A stretch of 64,000 nt of DNA from contig DASYRF010000339.1 of assembly GCA_036004705.1 (NCBI GenBank), forward strand, positions 1,676-65,675, given 5' to 3'. Shown here piece after piece: positions 33,590-44,135 of this stretch (within the stretch, counting starts at the first letter, position 1; every line of letters begins with the position of its first letter). This DNA comes from Myxococcota bacterium. GTDB lineage: Bacteria; Myxococcota_A; Polyangia; DASYRF01. The position numbers were made by a program, and so were the translations under genes. The notes beneath the pieces are model-generated. The model was not told the DNA's origin. It made no database searches and saw only the letters and a program-made list of their open reading frames with translations.

Positions 33590-34549
33590 TCAGCGCGGCG
33601 TGAGCAGCGCGTTCAGCAGATCCGGCGTGACGTTGAGCTGCCCGATCTTCTGCGCGTTCTCCGCCAGCTCGCGGAACGCCACGGCCATCTGTAGGCGCGG
33701 ATCGCCGCCGCCCGCCGTCGCCGCCATCAGCAGCCGCCAGTCCATCTTCTGCAGCGGCCCCAGCGCCGACTCGAGGGCGAAGCGCCGGCTGTCGGTCTCC
33801 TTCTTGTCGTTCGCCACGCGCTTGTCCAAGAGCCCTGCCCGCTGCTCCTCCACCGCGATGTCCGCTTCCATCTGAGTCTCGCGGATCTTGCGCTTCTTCT
33901 CCTCGACGGCGATCTCCGTGTTCAGCTCGCTCTCCTTGATCATGCGCTCCTGCTCTACCGCCGCGTTGCGGCGCGCGTAGATGGCCTCGTCCTGCTTGCG
34001 CGACAGCGCCTCGCGCGCCTCGGCCTCCAGCGCCTTGGACATGTCGGGCGTCGGCTTCACCGACAGGATCGCCAGGCCAAGGATCTCCACACCCAGCATC
34101 GCCACCGACTCGGCCTGCTTGAGCCCGCTCAGCACCGTTTGCACGAGCGCCTGCCCGCTGACCAGCGCCTCGCGCAGCTGCATGCGCCCGAGCGACGCCG
34201 CCGCCAGCACCTGGCAGGCGTTCACCAGCCGGTCGCGGAGCTTGGTCGGGTCGTCGGACGCGTAGCCGCCGCCTTCCGGCTTGAGCGAGAAGTCGAGCAG
34301 CCCGGCGGCGCGCTTGGCGTCGGCGATGCGGTAGGTGAGCTGCCCCTGCAGCGTGATCGTCTGGAAGTCGGCCGTCACCTGCTCGAACGCGAACGGCACG
34401 TCGGTGCTGCCGACGGGGACCGCCACGATGCTGCTGGTGGGGGCGTAGTACCAGAACGACAGCCCGGCGCCTTCGCGCTTCACCCGCCCGTCGCGGTAGT
34501 GCAGCACGTAGGTCGTGGGGCTCGCCTTCATGAACTCGATGCCGAGCAT
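33590..34549 (-). CDS. SPFH/band-7 domain protein without an N-terminal TM helix, with a coiled-coil tail
   Basis: SD AAGGAG then ATG 34549. SPFH core (VPFAFEQVTADFQTITLQGQLTYRI, GVEILGLAILSVKP) followed by a Glu/Lys/Ala-rich heptad-like region. Confidence 0.88.
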   Translation of the reverse strand: MLGIEFMKASPTTYVLHYRDGRVKREGAGLSFWYYAPTSSIVAVPVGSTDVPFAFEQVTADFQTITLQGQLTYRIADAKRAAGLLDFSLKPEGGGYASDDPTKLRDRLVNACQVLAAASLGRMQLREALVSGQALVQTVLSGLKQAESVAMLGVEILGLAILSVKPTPDMSKALEAEAREALSRKQDEAIYARRNAAVEQERMIKESELNTEIAVEEKKRKIRETQMEADIAVEEQRAGLLDKRVANDKKETDSRRFALESALGPLQKMDWRLLMAATAGGGDPRLQMAVAFRELAENAQKIGQLNVTPDLLNALLTPR

Positions 34550-34577
34550 GGGTCTAGGCTCCTTGCGCGTGCCTGCG

Positions 34578-35471
34578 TCAGGCGGGCGCGGTGAACGCCA
34601 GGATCTCGCGCGCGACGAGGTCCGGGTCTTCCAGCTGCGGGTAGTGGCCGAGCGCCTCCATCCAGCGCAGGCGTGCGCCGGGAATCTCGGCGGCGAGCGT
34701 CTCGGCGATGGCCGGCACGGCGACGGGGTCGCGCCGCCCCCACAACACCAGCGCCGGGATCTGGAGACGGGTGAGCGCGCCGATCCAGCGCTCGCGGAAG
34801 CGCGTGCGCTCGGCGACGTAGCCCATGATGGCAGGCAGGCGCAGGTGGCCGTCGCAGTGGCGGATGAGCGTCCACATGTCGCGCAAGTCCTCGTCCGGGA
34901 GGGCGTCGGGGCGCCCGAAGATGCGGCGCATCTGCAGAGCGAAGGTGGCGAAGCGTGACAGGCGCAGGAGCACGTTCGCCAGCGGCGTGAGCAGGAGCCG
35001 CTGCGAGATGGTCAGCGACGAGAGCTCGATGTGAACGCTGCCGTTCATCAGCGCCAGCGAGCGCAAGCGGAACGCCGTGCGCCCGCGCTCGATGCGCGCG
35101 GCGAGCTCGCAGGCGACGCTGGTGCTCATGTCGTGCGCCAGGACGTGTGCGTCGGGCAGGTGCGCCGCCTCGCACACGGCCTCGACCACGTCGGCCTGCT
35201 CCAGCAGCGAGTAGCTGTAGTCGTCGGGCTTGTCGCTGAGGCCGAAGCCGAGCAGGTCCAGCATCACGACCCGATGGCGCGCTTCGAGCGCCGGCAGCAC
35301 ACGGTGGAAGTCGTGGCTCGCGGTCGGGAAGCCGTGTAGCAGCAAGAGCGGCGGCGCCGTCGCGTCGCCCGCCTCCATCCAGAAGACCTCGCGTCCCGCG
35401 CCCGGCAAGCGCAGCCGGCGCCCGCGCGCCTCCCACGCGCGCACGGACGGCGAAAGATCTTCCTCGGCCAT
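34578..35471 (-). CDS. Alpha/beta-hydrolase with an Asp-type nucleophile elbow (epoxide-hydrolase/MEST-like)
   Basis: ATG 35471 (alternative 35489). LLLLHGFPTASHDF, elbow VLAHDMSTS, C-terminal GHYPQLE. The upstream part of the track ORF was rejected. Confidence 0.85.
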   Translation of the reverse strand: MAEEDLSPSVRAWEARGRRLRLPGAGREVFWMEAGDATAPPLLLLHGFPTASHDFHRVLPALEARHRVVMLDLLGFGLSDKPDDYSYSLLEQADVVEAVCEAAHLPDAHVLAHDMSTSVACELAARIERGRTAFRLRSLALMNGSVHIELSSLTISQRLLLTPLANVLLRLSRFATFALQMRRIFGRPDALPDEDLRDMWTLIRHCDGHLRLPAIMGYVAERTRFRERWIGALTRLQIPALVLWGRRDPVAVPAIAETLAAEIPGARLRWMEALGHYPQLEDPDLVAREILAFTAPA

Positions 35472-35647
35472 GCGCCGAGCATACTCCATTGTCCTTGGGA
35501 GCCCGGCAGAGGCGGAAGATGGCGGCTTGGCCGCCCGCCTTCTCAGCCGCTGTGGAGGGATCTGTGGGGAGGCGGTTCGTAGGCGGTTAGTCGCCTGTGG
35601 CGGAACTGTTGGTATGGCAGCGTAATGCCATGGAATGACTACGTATT

Positions 35648-35693
35648 GCACAACATATAGGTGGCGACTAACAAGGTCACTACCATATCTTGT
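35648..35693 (+). promoter_or_regulatory. Two NrdR-box-like AT-rich imperfect palindromes upstream of nrdJ
   Basis: gCACaAcATATAGgtg (35648-35663) and tCACTAcc-a-TATctTGT (35677-35693), compared with the NrdR consensus acaCwAtATaTwGtgt. They sit in the only AT-rich island of the window. Centre spacing is about 29-30 bp, against an expected 31-32 bp. Confidence 0.3.
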
Positions 35694-35863
35694 AGAAAAT
35701 GCTTGACGAGGCCCATCTTTTGGCCGAGAAGAGGCTGTCGAGTCTTTCGCAGAAAAACAGGAGGCGGAAAGGCGGCGTTGCCGCCCCGCCGACGGGGTCC
35801 GGGGGCATCGGAGCACGGCGTGCTCGCCGCACGCACGGGCCCCCGGGAAAAAGGAGCAGGCCC

Positions 35864-38881
<3,018 letters not shown>

Positions 38882-38899
38882 GCCGACGCCTCTCGTGAC

Positions 38900-38917
38900 C
38901 GCGCCCGTCCGGGCGCG
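38900..38917 (+). terminator. Hairpin after the nrdJ stop
   Basis: CGCGCCC-gtcc-GGGCGCG lies 19 nt after the stop and is followed by the FHA-gene promoter. Confidence 0.4.
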
Positions 38918-38984
38918 TAGATCCAAGACGCGGCCCAAGGAAGTCTTCGAACAAGGGGTCTAACTGCACGGCCGCGCTCGCGGT

Positions 38985-39013
38985 TTGACGTGCGGCAGGA
39001 CCGATCGTAGAAT
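38985..39013 (+). promoter_or_regulatory. Sigma70-type promoter TTGACG-17-TAGAAT upstream of the FHA gene
   Basis: TTGACG 38985-38990, exact 17-bp spacer, TAGAAT 39008-39013. GTG 39031 would give a leader of about 10 nt. Confidence 0.55.
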
Positions 39014-39030
39014 TCCTGGCCGTACTCCGC

Positions 39031-41112
39031 GTGGCGCGGAGTGGGGTACTTTGCAACGGATGGAGGGTACGGCGTCCCGGCGAGCCGGGCGCGCGCCGTA
39101 TTGGAGCCGCCATTTACGACCAGCAGGGATACGGCAACGACCAGCCTTACGTCGGCAAGCTGGTCGTCTCCGCCGGCGACAATGCAGGGTGGGAATACGA
39201 CATCGCGCGCGGCGTGACGGCCGGTGTCGGGCGGGCAGCGGACAACGACCTCGTGCTGACCGACATCTCGGTCAGCCGAAAGCACTTCCAGGTGACGTGG
39301 AACAACAGTCAGCTGGAGGTCGTGGACCTCGGCAGCGGGAACGGCACGCAAGTGAACGGGCGCCGCATCACGCGCCAGCCGCTGCGCCATAACGACGAGA
39401 TCGAGGTCGGCAACACGCGCATCCGCTACGAGTCCTACTATCCGGAGCTGGAGCCGCCGGCACCGCCCGCGCCGGCGGCGGGCGCGCCCGGCCAGGGGGC
39501 GCCGGCGGCCGCCGCAGCCTCCGCGCCGATGGGGTCGGCGTCGGCGTCGGCGCCCATGGTGGCGCCGTACGGCGTGCCCCCGGGGGCGATGGCGCCACAG
39601 ATGGTGATGGCGGGCGGGGTGCAGCCGCTGTACGTGGCGCCGGGCCCGCAGCCCGGGTTCCTGTCCACGGGGGCAGGCAAGGCGGTTGCGTTCGGCATCC
39701 CGGCGGCGCTGGTCGTCGTAGGTGTCGGCCTAGTGTTCGCGTTCGGCGGGTTCGGCTCGACCGGGTCGTCGGCGCACGACGACCGTAGCGCGCGCGACGA
39801 CGACAAGGACCACGGCAAGAAGAAGTCCTCGAAGGACGACCACGACGACAAGAGCAGCAAGATGTCGCACGACGACGACGACAAGGGCAAGGACGACGAC
39901 AAGGGCAAGGACGACGAACTGGCGGCGGCGAAGTCGGCTTTCGAGGAGGGAGACCTGGACGCGGCCAAGGCGAAGCTCAAGGATGCCGACGGCAAGGACG
40001 CCAAGGATTTGCTCTCGAAGATCGAGGACGAGGAGCCGCGCGCCGAGAAGATCGAGACCGCCAAGAAGGCGCTCAAGGGTGAGGACTTCGAGGGCGCGTA
40101 CAAGGCCGTCGCGGCGGTGCCGAAGGACAGCGTTCTGCACAAGAGCGCCGTTTCGCTGACCGAAGACATCTCCAAGGCGGCGGTAGACAAGGGGATGAAG
40201 CTCGTCGACGACAAGAAGGTCGACGATGCCAAGAAGCTGCTGGCACTGATCAAGGAGCACGACGACGAAGCGAAGGGGCTGGACGACCTCAAAGAAAAGG
40301 TCGAGTCCGGCGCCGGGCCGACCGCCGTGGCTGTCAAGGACGACGACAAGGGCAAGAGCGGCGACGACGGCAAGGGCGCGCCCAAGGACGACGACAAGCA
40401 CAAGGTGTCCGGCGACGGCGCGCACAAGTCGACGCCGCCACCCGACAAGGACAAGGACAAGGACAAGGACAAGGGCAAGACCACCTCCGCGAAGGACAAG
40501 GACAAGGACAAAGACAGCGGTAAGCGGACCGACACTCCGCCCGCCGGCGGCGGCGCAGGCGGCGAGGAGGCGCTGAGCCTCTACAAGCGCAAGGAGTTCG
40601 AGGCAGCAGCGAAGGCGTTCGAGGCGGCAAAAAAGAGCGACCTCGCTGCCAAGACCCGCGAGTTCGCCAGCAAGTACTCGTCGGGCGTGAAGTCGGCGAC
40701 GACGGATCCGTCGAGCGCCATCGAGCCGCTGAAGGCCGCGCTGAAGCTCGACGCCGCCATCGGCAAGGCGTTCCAGGGCGACATCAAGGGGCGGCTCGCC
40801 GAGGCGTTCGCCCGGCGCGCCGACAACCTGAACGGGAAGGGGAGCTACGAAGCCGCGGCGACGGACGTGAAGTCGGCGCTCGACCTCGACCCGTCGAACG
40901 TGAAAGCGAAGGAAGTGCGCGGCAAGCTCGACGCCGCGGCCGAGAAGCTCTTCAAGGAAGGCAAGGACATGTTCCCGAAGAACAAGGACAAGGCCATGTC
41001 CAGCCTGACCCGCGTCTGCAAGATTTCGGCGAAGTCGAAGTCCTGCAGCGAGGCGGAGAAGCTCATCAAGAGCGGCGGCTCGGGCGCGAAAGACGGCGAC
41101 GACGACTGGTGA
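39031..41112 (+). CDS. FHA-domain membrane protein with a long Lys/Asp-rich region and a helical-repeat C-terminus
   Basis: GTG 39031 (start uncertain). FHA core (GRAADNDLVLTDISVSRKHFQV ... GSGNGTQVNG ... NDEIEVG). One TM (AFGIPAALVVVGVGLVFAFGGF). K/D/E-rich polyampholyte stretch. Confidence 0.85.
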   Translation: MARSGVLCNGWRVRRPGEPGARRIGAAIYDQQGYGNDQPYVGKLVVSAGDNAGWEYDIARGVTAGVGRAADNDLVLTDISVSRKHFQVTWNNSQLEVVDLGSGNGTQVNGRRITRQPLRHNDEIEVGNTRIRYESYYPELEPPAPPAPAAGAPGQGAPAAAAASAPMGSASASAPMVAPYGVPPGAMAPQMVMAGGVQPLYVAPGPQPGFLSTGAGKAVAFGIPAALVVVGVGLVFAFGGFGSTGSSAHDDRSARDDDKDHGKKKSSKDDHDDKSSKMSHDDDDKGKDDDKGKDDELAAAKSAFEEGDLDAAKAKLKDADGKDAKDLLSKIEDEEPRAEKIETAKKALKGEDFEGAYKAVAAVPKDSVLHKSAVSLTEDISKAAVDKGMKLVDDKKVDDAKKLLALIKEHDDEAKGLDDLKEKVESGAGPTAVAVKDDDKGKSGDDGKGAPKDDDKHKVSGDGAHKSTPPPDKDKDKDKDKGKTTSAKDKDKDKDSGKRTDTPPAGGGAGGEEALSLYKRKEFEAAAKAFEAAKKSDLAAKTREFASKYSSGVKSATTDPSSAIEPLKAALKLDAAIGKAFQGDIKGRLAEAFARRADNLNGKGSYEAAATDVKSALDLDPSNVKAKEVRGKLDAAAEKLFKEGKDMFPKNKDKAMSSLTRVCKISAKSKSCSEAEKLIKSGGSGAKDGDDDW
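40444..40515 (+). repeat. (GACAAG)n repeats encoding (DK)n in the FHA protein
   Basis: GACAAG x5 plus GGCAAG at 40444-40479, and a second run at 40492-40515. Confidence 0.8.
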
Positions 41113-41118
41113 GCCGCG

Positions 41119-41721
41119 TTACGGGCTTTTCGCGCGGCGCTTTTCCGACAAAACGCGACGCACCTTGTACTCCAGCTCGGAAAGCTGGAAGGGCTTGTCG
41201 ATGCGATCGTCGGCGCCGTAGAGCGGCGCCGTGGCGGCGTTCACGGTCTCGCCCACGCCCGTGAGCATGATGAGGCCGACGGAGTCGAAGTCCGGGCGCT
41301 TGCGCAGCTCGCGGGCCACTTCCCAGCCGTTGAGGCCGGGCATCATGACGTCGAGCAGGATGACGTCGGGCCGCTCGACCACCGCGCGCGCCAGGGCCTC
41401 GTCGCCGCTCTGCGCCACCAGCACCTTGCAGTTCATCTGGGCGAGCTTGCCCGAGACGATGCTGCGAATGTCGGGGTCGTCGTCCGCGATCAGAACGCGG
41501 GGCTCCGCGGGGGCCCCCGGCGCCGGCGTGGCCGGTCCCGGCGCGACGGTCGCCGACGGTGCCGGGGTGCGCGGCCGTGGCTTCGGGCGCGGCCGCACCT
41601 TGGGCCGCACCGCCTTCTTGCTGGCCGCTCGCTTGGCGCGCGCCGCGCCGGCCTTTGCCTTGCGCGCCGGACGCTTGCCCTTGGAGGTGCGTGACTTGGA
41701 AATGGGGCGTCGCGCGGCCAT
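41119..41721 (-). CDS. Single-domain response regulator with an N-terminal Lys/Arg/Pro-rich basic tail
   Basis: SD GGAG then ATG 41721. Receiver motifs VLIADDD, ILLDVMMPGLNG and DKPF. The first 75 aa or so are K/R/A/P-rich. Confidence 0.88.
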   Translation of the reverse strand: MAARRPISKSRTSKGKRPARKAKAGAARAKRAASKKAVRPKVRPRPKPRPRTPAPSATVAPGPATPAPGAPAEPRVLIADDDPDIRSIVSGKLAQMNCKVLVAQSGDEALARAVVERPDVILLDVMMPGLNGWEVARELRKRPDFDSVGLIMLTGVGETVNAATAPLYGADDRIDKPFQLSELEYKVRRVLSEKRRAKSP

Positions 41722-41743
41722 GGATTCTCCTGCCGACGGCGCG

Positions 41744-41773
41744 AAGCTATCCGGCTACGTGCGCGGGTGTCAA
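41744..41773 (-). promoter_or_regulatory. Promoter TTGACA-18-TAGCTT for the basic-tail response regulator
   Basis: Minus strand: TTGACA (41773-41768), 18-bp spacer, TAGCTT (41749-41744), then a leader with GGAG before ATG 41721. Confidence 0.45.
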
Positions 41774-41795
41774 GGACGCGGCGCCGCGGTATGGT
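41767..41795 (+). promoter_or_regulatory. Promoter GTGTCA-17-TATGGT for the flippase-like gene, sharing its -35 region with the divergent promoter
   Basis: GTGTCA 41767-41772, 17-bp spacer, TATGGT 41790-41795, 8 nt, GTG 41804. Confidence 0.4.
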
Positions 41796-41803
41796 CCGGG
41801 AAC

Positions 41804-42838
41804 GTGACGCCCGTTCCACCTCCGACCAGCCGCCTCGGGCGGCGCCTCGCCGTGTCGATGGTGCTGGCCGTTGCCGTCTACGCGGCGCTGGTGTTCTGGG
41901 CGGACGCGCGCGCGCTGGCGGCGTCGGTTGCCGCCTTTCCGTGGCGCTGGTTCGCGCCGATGCTGGCGCTTGCGATGGGCAACTATGCCATCCGATTCTT
42001 GCGCTGGCAGATGTACCTGCGCGTGCTCGACGCGCCGCTGCCGGCGCGCGCGAGCGCCCTGGTGTTCGGTGCCGGCCTCGCGATGTCGGTGACCCCCGGC
42101 AAGGTGGGCGAGCTGTTGAAGGCGGCCCTGCTCAAAGAGCGCCACGGGCTGTCGGTCGCTCTCACCGCGCCCGCCGTCGTCGCCGAGCGGCTGACGGACT
42201 TCATCGCGCTGTACGTGCTGCTGCTCGCCGGCATCTTCTCGTTCCGCGACCGGCGCCTGGACGTGGCGCTGGGCGTGGGGCTCGTGCTGCTCGCGGTGGG
42301 GTTCGCCGCGGTGCTGTCGCGCCGGTTTGCGCTGTCGCTCATCGCGCTGGCCGAGCGGTTGCCCGGCGGGACGCGCCTGGGCCCGAAGCTGCGCGAGGCG
42401 CACCAGAGCGCGGCGCGCCTGTTGCGGCCCGGGCCGCTCGCGGCCGCGGTGGCGCTGGGCGTCGTTGCGTGGGCGGCGGAGTGCGGCGCCTACTGGCTGG
42501 CGCTGCGCGGCGTCGGGGCGACGGCGCCCAGCCCGGTCGCGGCGGCGTTTCTCTATGCCGCCGCCACCATTGCGGGCGCGGTCTCCATGTTGCCAGGCGG
42601 GCTCGGCGTGACGGAGGGCTCTCTGACGCTCCTCTCTCAGCGGCTCTTCGGGCTGGGCGTCCCCGCCGCGGGCGCGTCGACCCTGGTGGTGCGCCTCGCC
42701 ACGCTCTGGTTTGCCGTCGTGGTCGGGTTCGTCGCGCTCGCTGTCTGGCGAGCCACCACGCCGCGGCCAGCGGCGGCCTCGGTCCCGGCCCCGGCCCCGG
42801 CCCCTCCGCCCGCCGCGCCCGCGGGGCCGGCTAGATGA
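41804..42838 (+). CDS. Polytopic membrane protein of the lysylphosphatidylglycerol-synthase-TM/flippase-like family
   Basis: GTG 41804. About 8 hydrophobic helices. NYAIRFLRWQ and TPGKVGELLKA resemble the UPF0104/LPG_synthase_TM signature. Track ORF start 41231 rejected. Confidence 0.8.
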   Translation: MTPVPPPTSRLGRRLAVSMVLAVAVYAALVFWADARALAASVAAFPWRWFAPMLALAMGNYAIRFLRWQMYLRVLDAPLPARASALVFGAGLAMSVTPGKVGELLKAALLKERHGLSVALTAPAVVAERLTDFIALYVLLLAGIFSFRDRRLDVALGVGLVLLAVGFAAVLSRRFALSLIALAERLPGGTRLGPKLREAHQSAARLLRPGPLAAAVALGVVAWAAECGAYWLALRGVGATAPSPVAAAFLYAAATIAGAVSMLPGGLGVTEGSLTLLSQRLFGLGVPAAGASTLVVRLATLWFAVVVGFVALAVWRATTPRPAAASVPAPAPAPPPAAPAGPAR

Positions 42839-44060
42839 CCATGTTCTCCTGCACGAGGGCGCCCTCGGCGAAGCGGGTGGGACGCAGCGGGCTGCAGTCG
42901 ATGGTCTCGAAGCGCCGCGCCGTCGCTAGCTCGGCCGCCGCCCGGCCCGCCGCCCACGACTGCATGGCGCCGCGCCCGGTGAAACCATAGGCCTCCACCA
43001 CCCGCGCCTGCCCCGGCGCGAAGCCGATGATGCCCGAATGGTCGGGCGTGTACTCGTACAGTCCGCTCCAGCCGGAGCGGTGCTTCATCTCCGCGCAACC
43101 CGACATGCGCGCCGCCAGGTGCGGCCAGATGCGCTCCTCGAACCATGTCTGCCCGCCGTACCGGAAGCGGTACTCCTCGGGAATGTCAGGGTCGGCATAG
43201 CCGGCCAGCACGTGCGTCGACTCGCGGTGGAAGTAAACGCCGCTCGGGTCGACGAACATGCCCCAGGGGCGAAGGTCCACGTCGCGCGCGTGGGCGATGG
43301 CGATCTGCCGCCGCACCGGTCGCACCGGCGCGGCGTGCCCGTAAAGCGGAGCCACGCGCTTGGCCCAGGCGCCGGTGGCGTTCACCACGACGTCCGCCAG
43401 CAGCTCCACGGGTGCCGCATCGGGTGCGGGCGTCGCGTCGCAGAGGATCGCCTTCACCGCTTCGTCGCCCGCCGGCGAGAACTCCTGGAACTGCAGTCCG
43501 CGGACGATGACGCGGTCGGCGTGCGGCTCCACCGCGGTGACGTAGGTGTAGTTGCGAAGCTGCAGGCCTGAGCCGGCGCGCTCGCGCGCGGCGCGTCGAT
43601 AGTGGGTCTTCAACAAGTTCGGGTTGATGAGCCCGTCGCGCGGAGAGAACGTCGCCCCCGCCACGCCGTCCATCTGGTCGAGCAGCGGGCAGTACGCCGT
43701 CACTTCCCCGGGCGTCATGGTGCGCACGCCCAAGCCGAAGCGGTCGTTCTGCAGCGGAAGGGCCTCCAGCGCCGCCGGCCATCCGGCGTCGTCGTACATC
43801 CACAGGTAGCCCTTCTGATCGAAGCCTACGTCGTCCGGCACCGTCGCGAAGAAGTCGATGGAGGCAAGCGACAGCGCGACGTTCATCTCCGAGCGCCAGG
43901 TCGCGCGCACGCCGCCGGCGTTGAGCTCGGAGCTGGAGTAGCGCCCGCCCAGGTCCACGTCCACCAGTGCCAGCGAGCGCACGCCCCGCTCCGCCAAGTG
44001 CATGGCTGTGCTCGAGCCGACGAGCCCGCCGCCGATGACGATCACGTCGTAGCGATCCAT
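42831..44060 (-). CDS. FAD-dependent oxidoreductase (DAO family)
   Basis: ATG 44060. Dinucleotide-binding YDVIVIGGGLVGSSTA. Length and C-terminal GFTGRGAMQ are typical of the DAO family. Confidence 0.9.
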   Translation of the reverse strand: MDRYDVIVIGGGLVGSSTAMHLAERGVRSLALVDVDLGGRYSSSELNAGGVRATWRSEMNVALSLASIDFFATVPDDVGFDQKGYLWMYDDAGWPAALEALPLQNDRFGLGVRTMTPGEVTAYCPLLDQMDGVAGATFSPRDGLINPNLLKTHYRRAARERAGSGLQLRNYTYVTAVEPHADRVIVRGLQFQEFSPAGDEAVKAILCDATPAPDAAPVELLADVVVNATGAWAKRVAPLYGHAAPVRPVRRQIAIAHARDVDLRPWGMFVDPSGVYFHRESTHVLAGYADPDIPEEYRFRYGGQTWFEERIWPHLAARMSGCAEMKHRSGWSGLYEYTPDHSGIIGFAPGQARVVEAYGFTGRGAMQSWAAGRAAAELATARRFETIDCSPLRPTRFAEGALVQENMVI

Positions 44061-44073
44061 CGCGGCGCGATGC

Positions 44074-44097
44074 TACCACCGCTGCCACGCGGTGGTA
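44074..44097. promoter_or_regulatory. Candidate operator: 9-bp perfect inverted repeat TACCACCGC-N6-GCGGTGGTA
   Basis: Lies in the 75-bp divergent spacer between the FAD oxidoreductase (ATG 44060) and the MBL hydrolase (ATG 44136). It abuts -10-like TAGCAT (minus strand, 44075-44070) and TACGCT (plus strand, 44096-44101). Confidence 0.4.
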
Positions 44098-44135
44098 CGC
44101 TCGGCACGGGGCGGAGGAACGGCGGCGGCGGGCGC

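Noticed and set aside
35614-35631. Sigma54-like TGGCA-N6-TGC upstream of nrdJ
   Set aside because: The GG-to-GC spacing is 11 rather than 12 nt, and the TTGC -12 element is incomplete. It is more simply a 6-bp inverted repeat ATGGCA/TGCCAT.
35700-35863. Cobalamin riboswitch in the nrdJ leader
   Set aside because: No B12-box-like sequence or conserved riboswitch core could be recognised. B12 riboswitches normally control B12-independent RNR genes rather than nrdJ. An Rfam scan would settle it.
41720-41803. ATG 41720 (or track start 41231) as the start of the flippase-like gene
   Set aside because: It would overlap the start codon of the divergent response-regulator gene and add a non-hydrophobic Arg/Gly-rich extension. 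GTG 41804 sits behind a -10-like element and just before the first TM helix.
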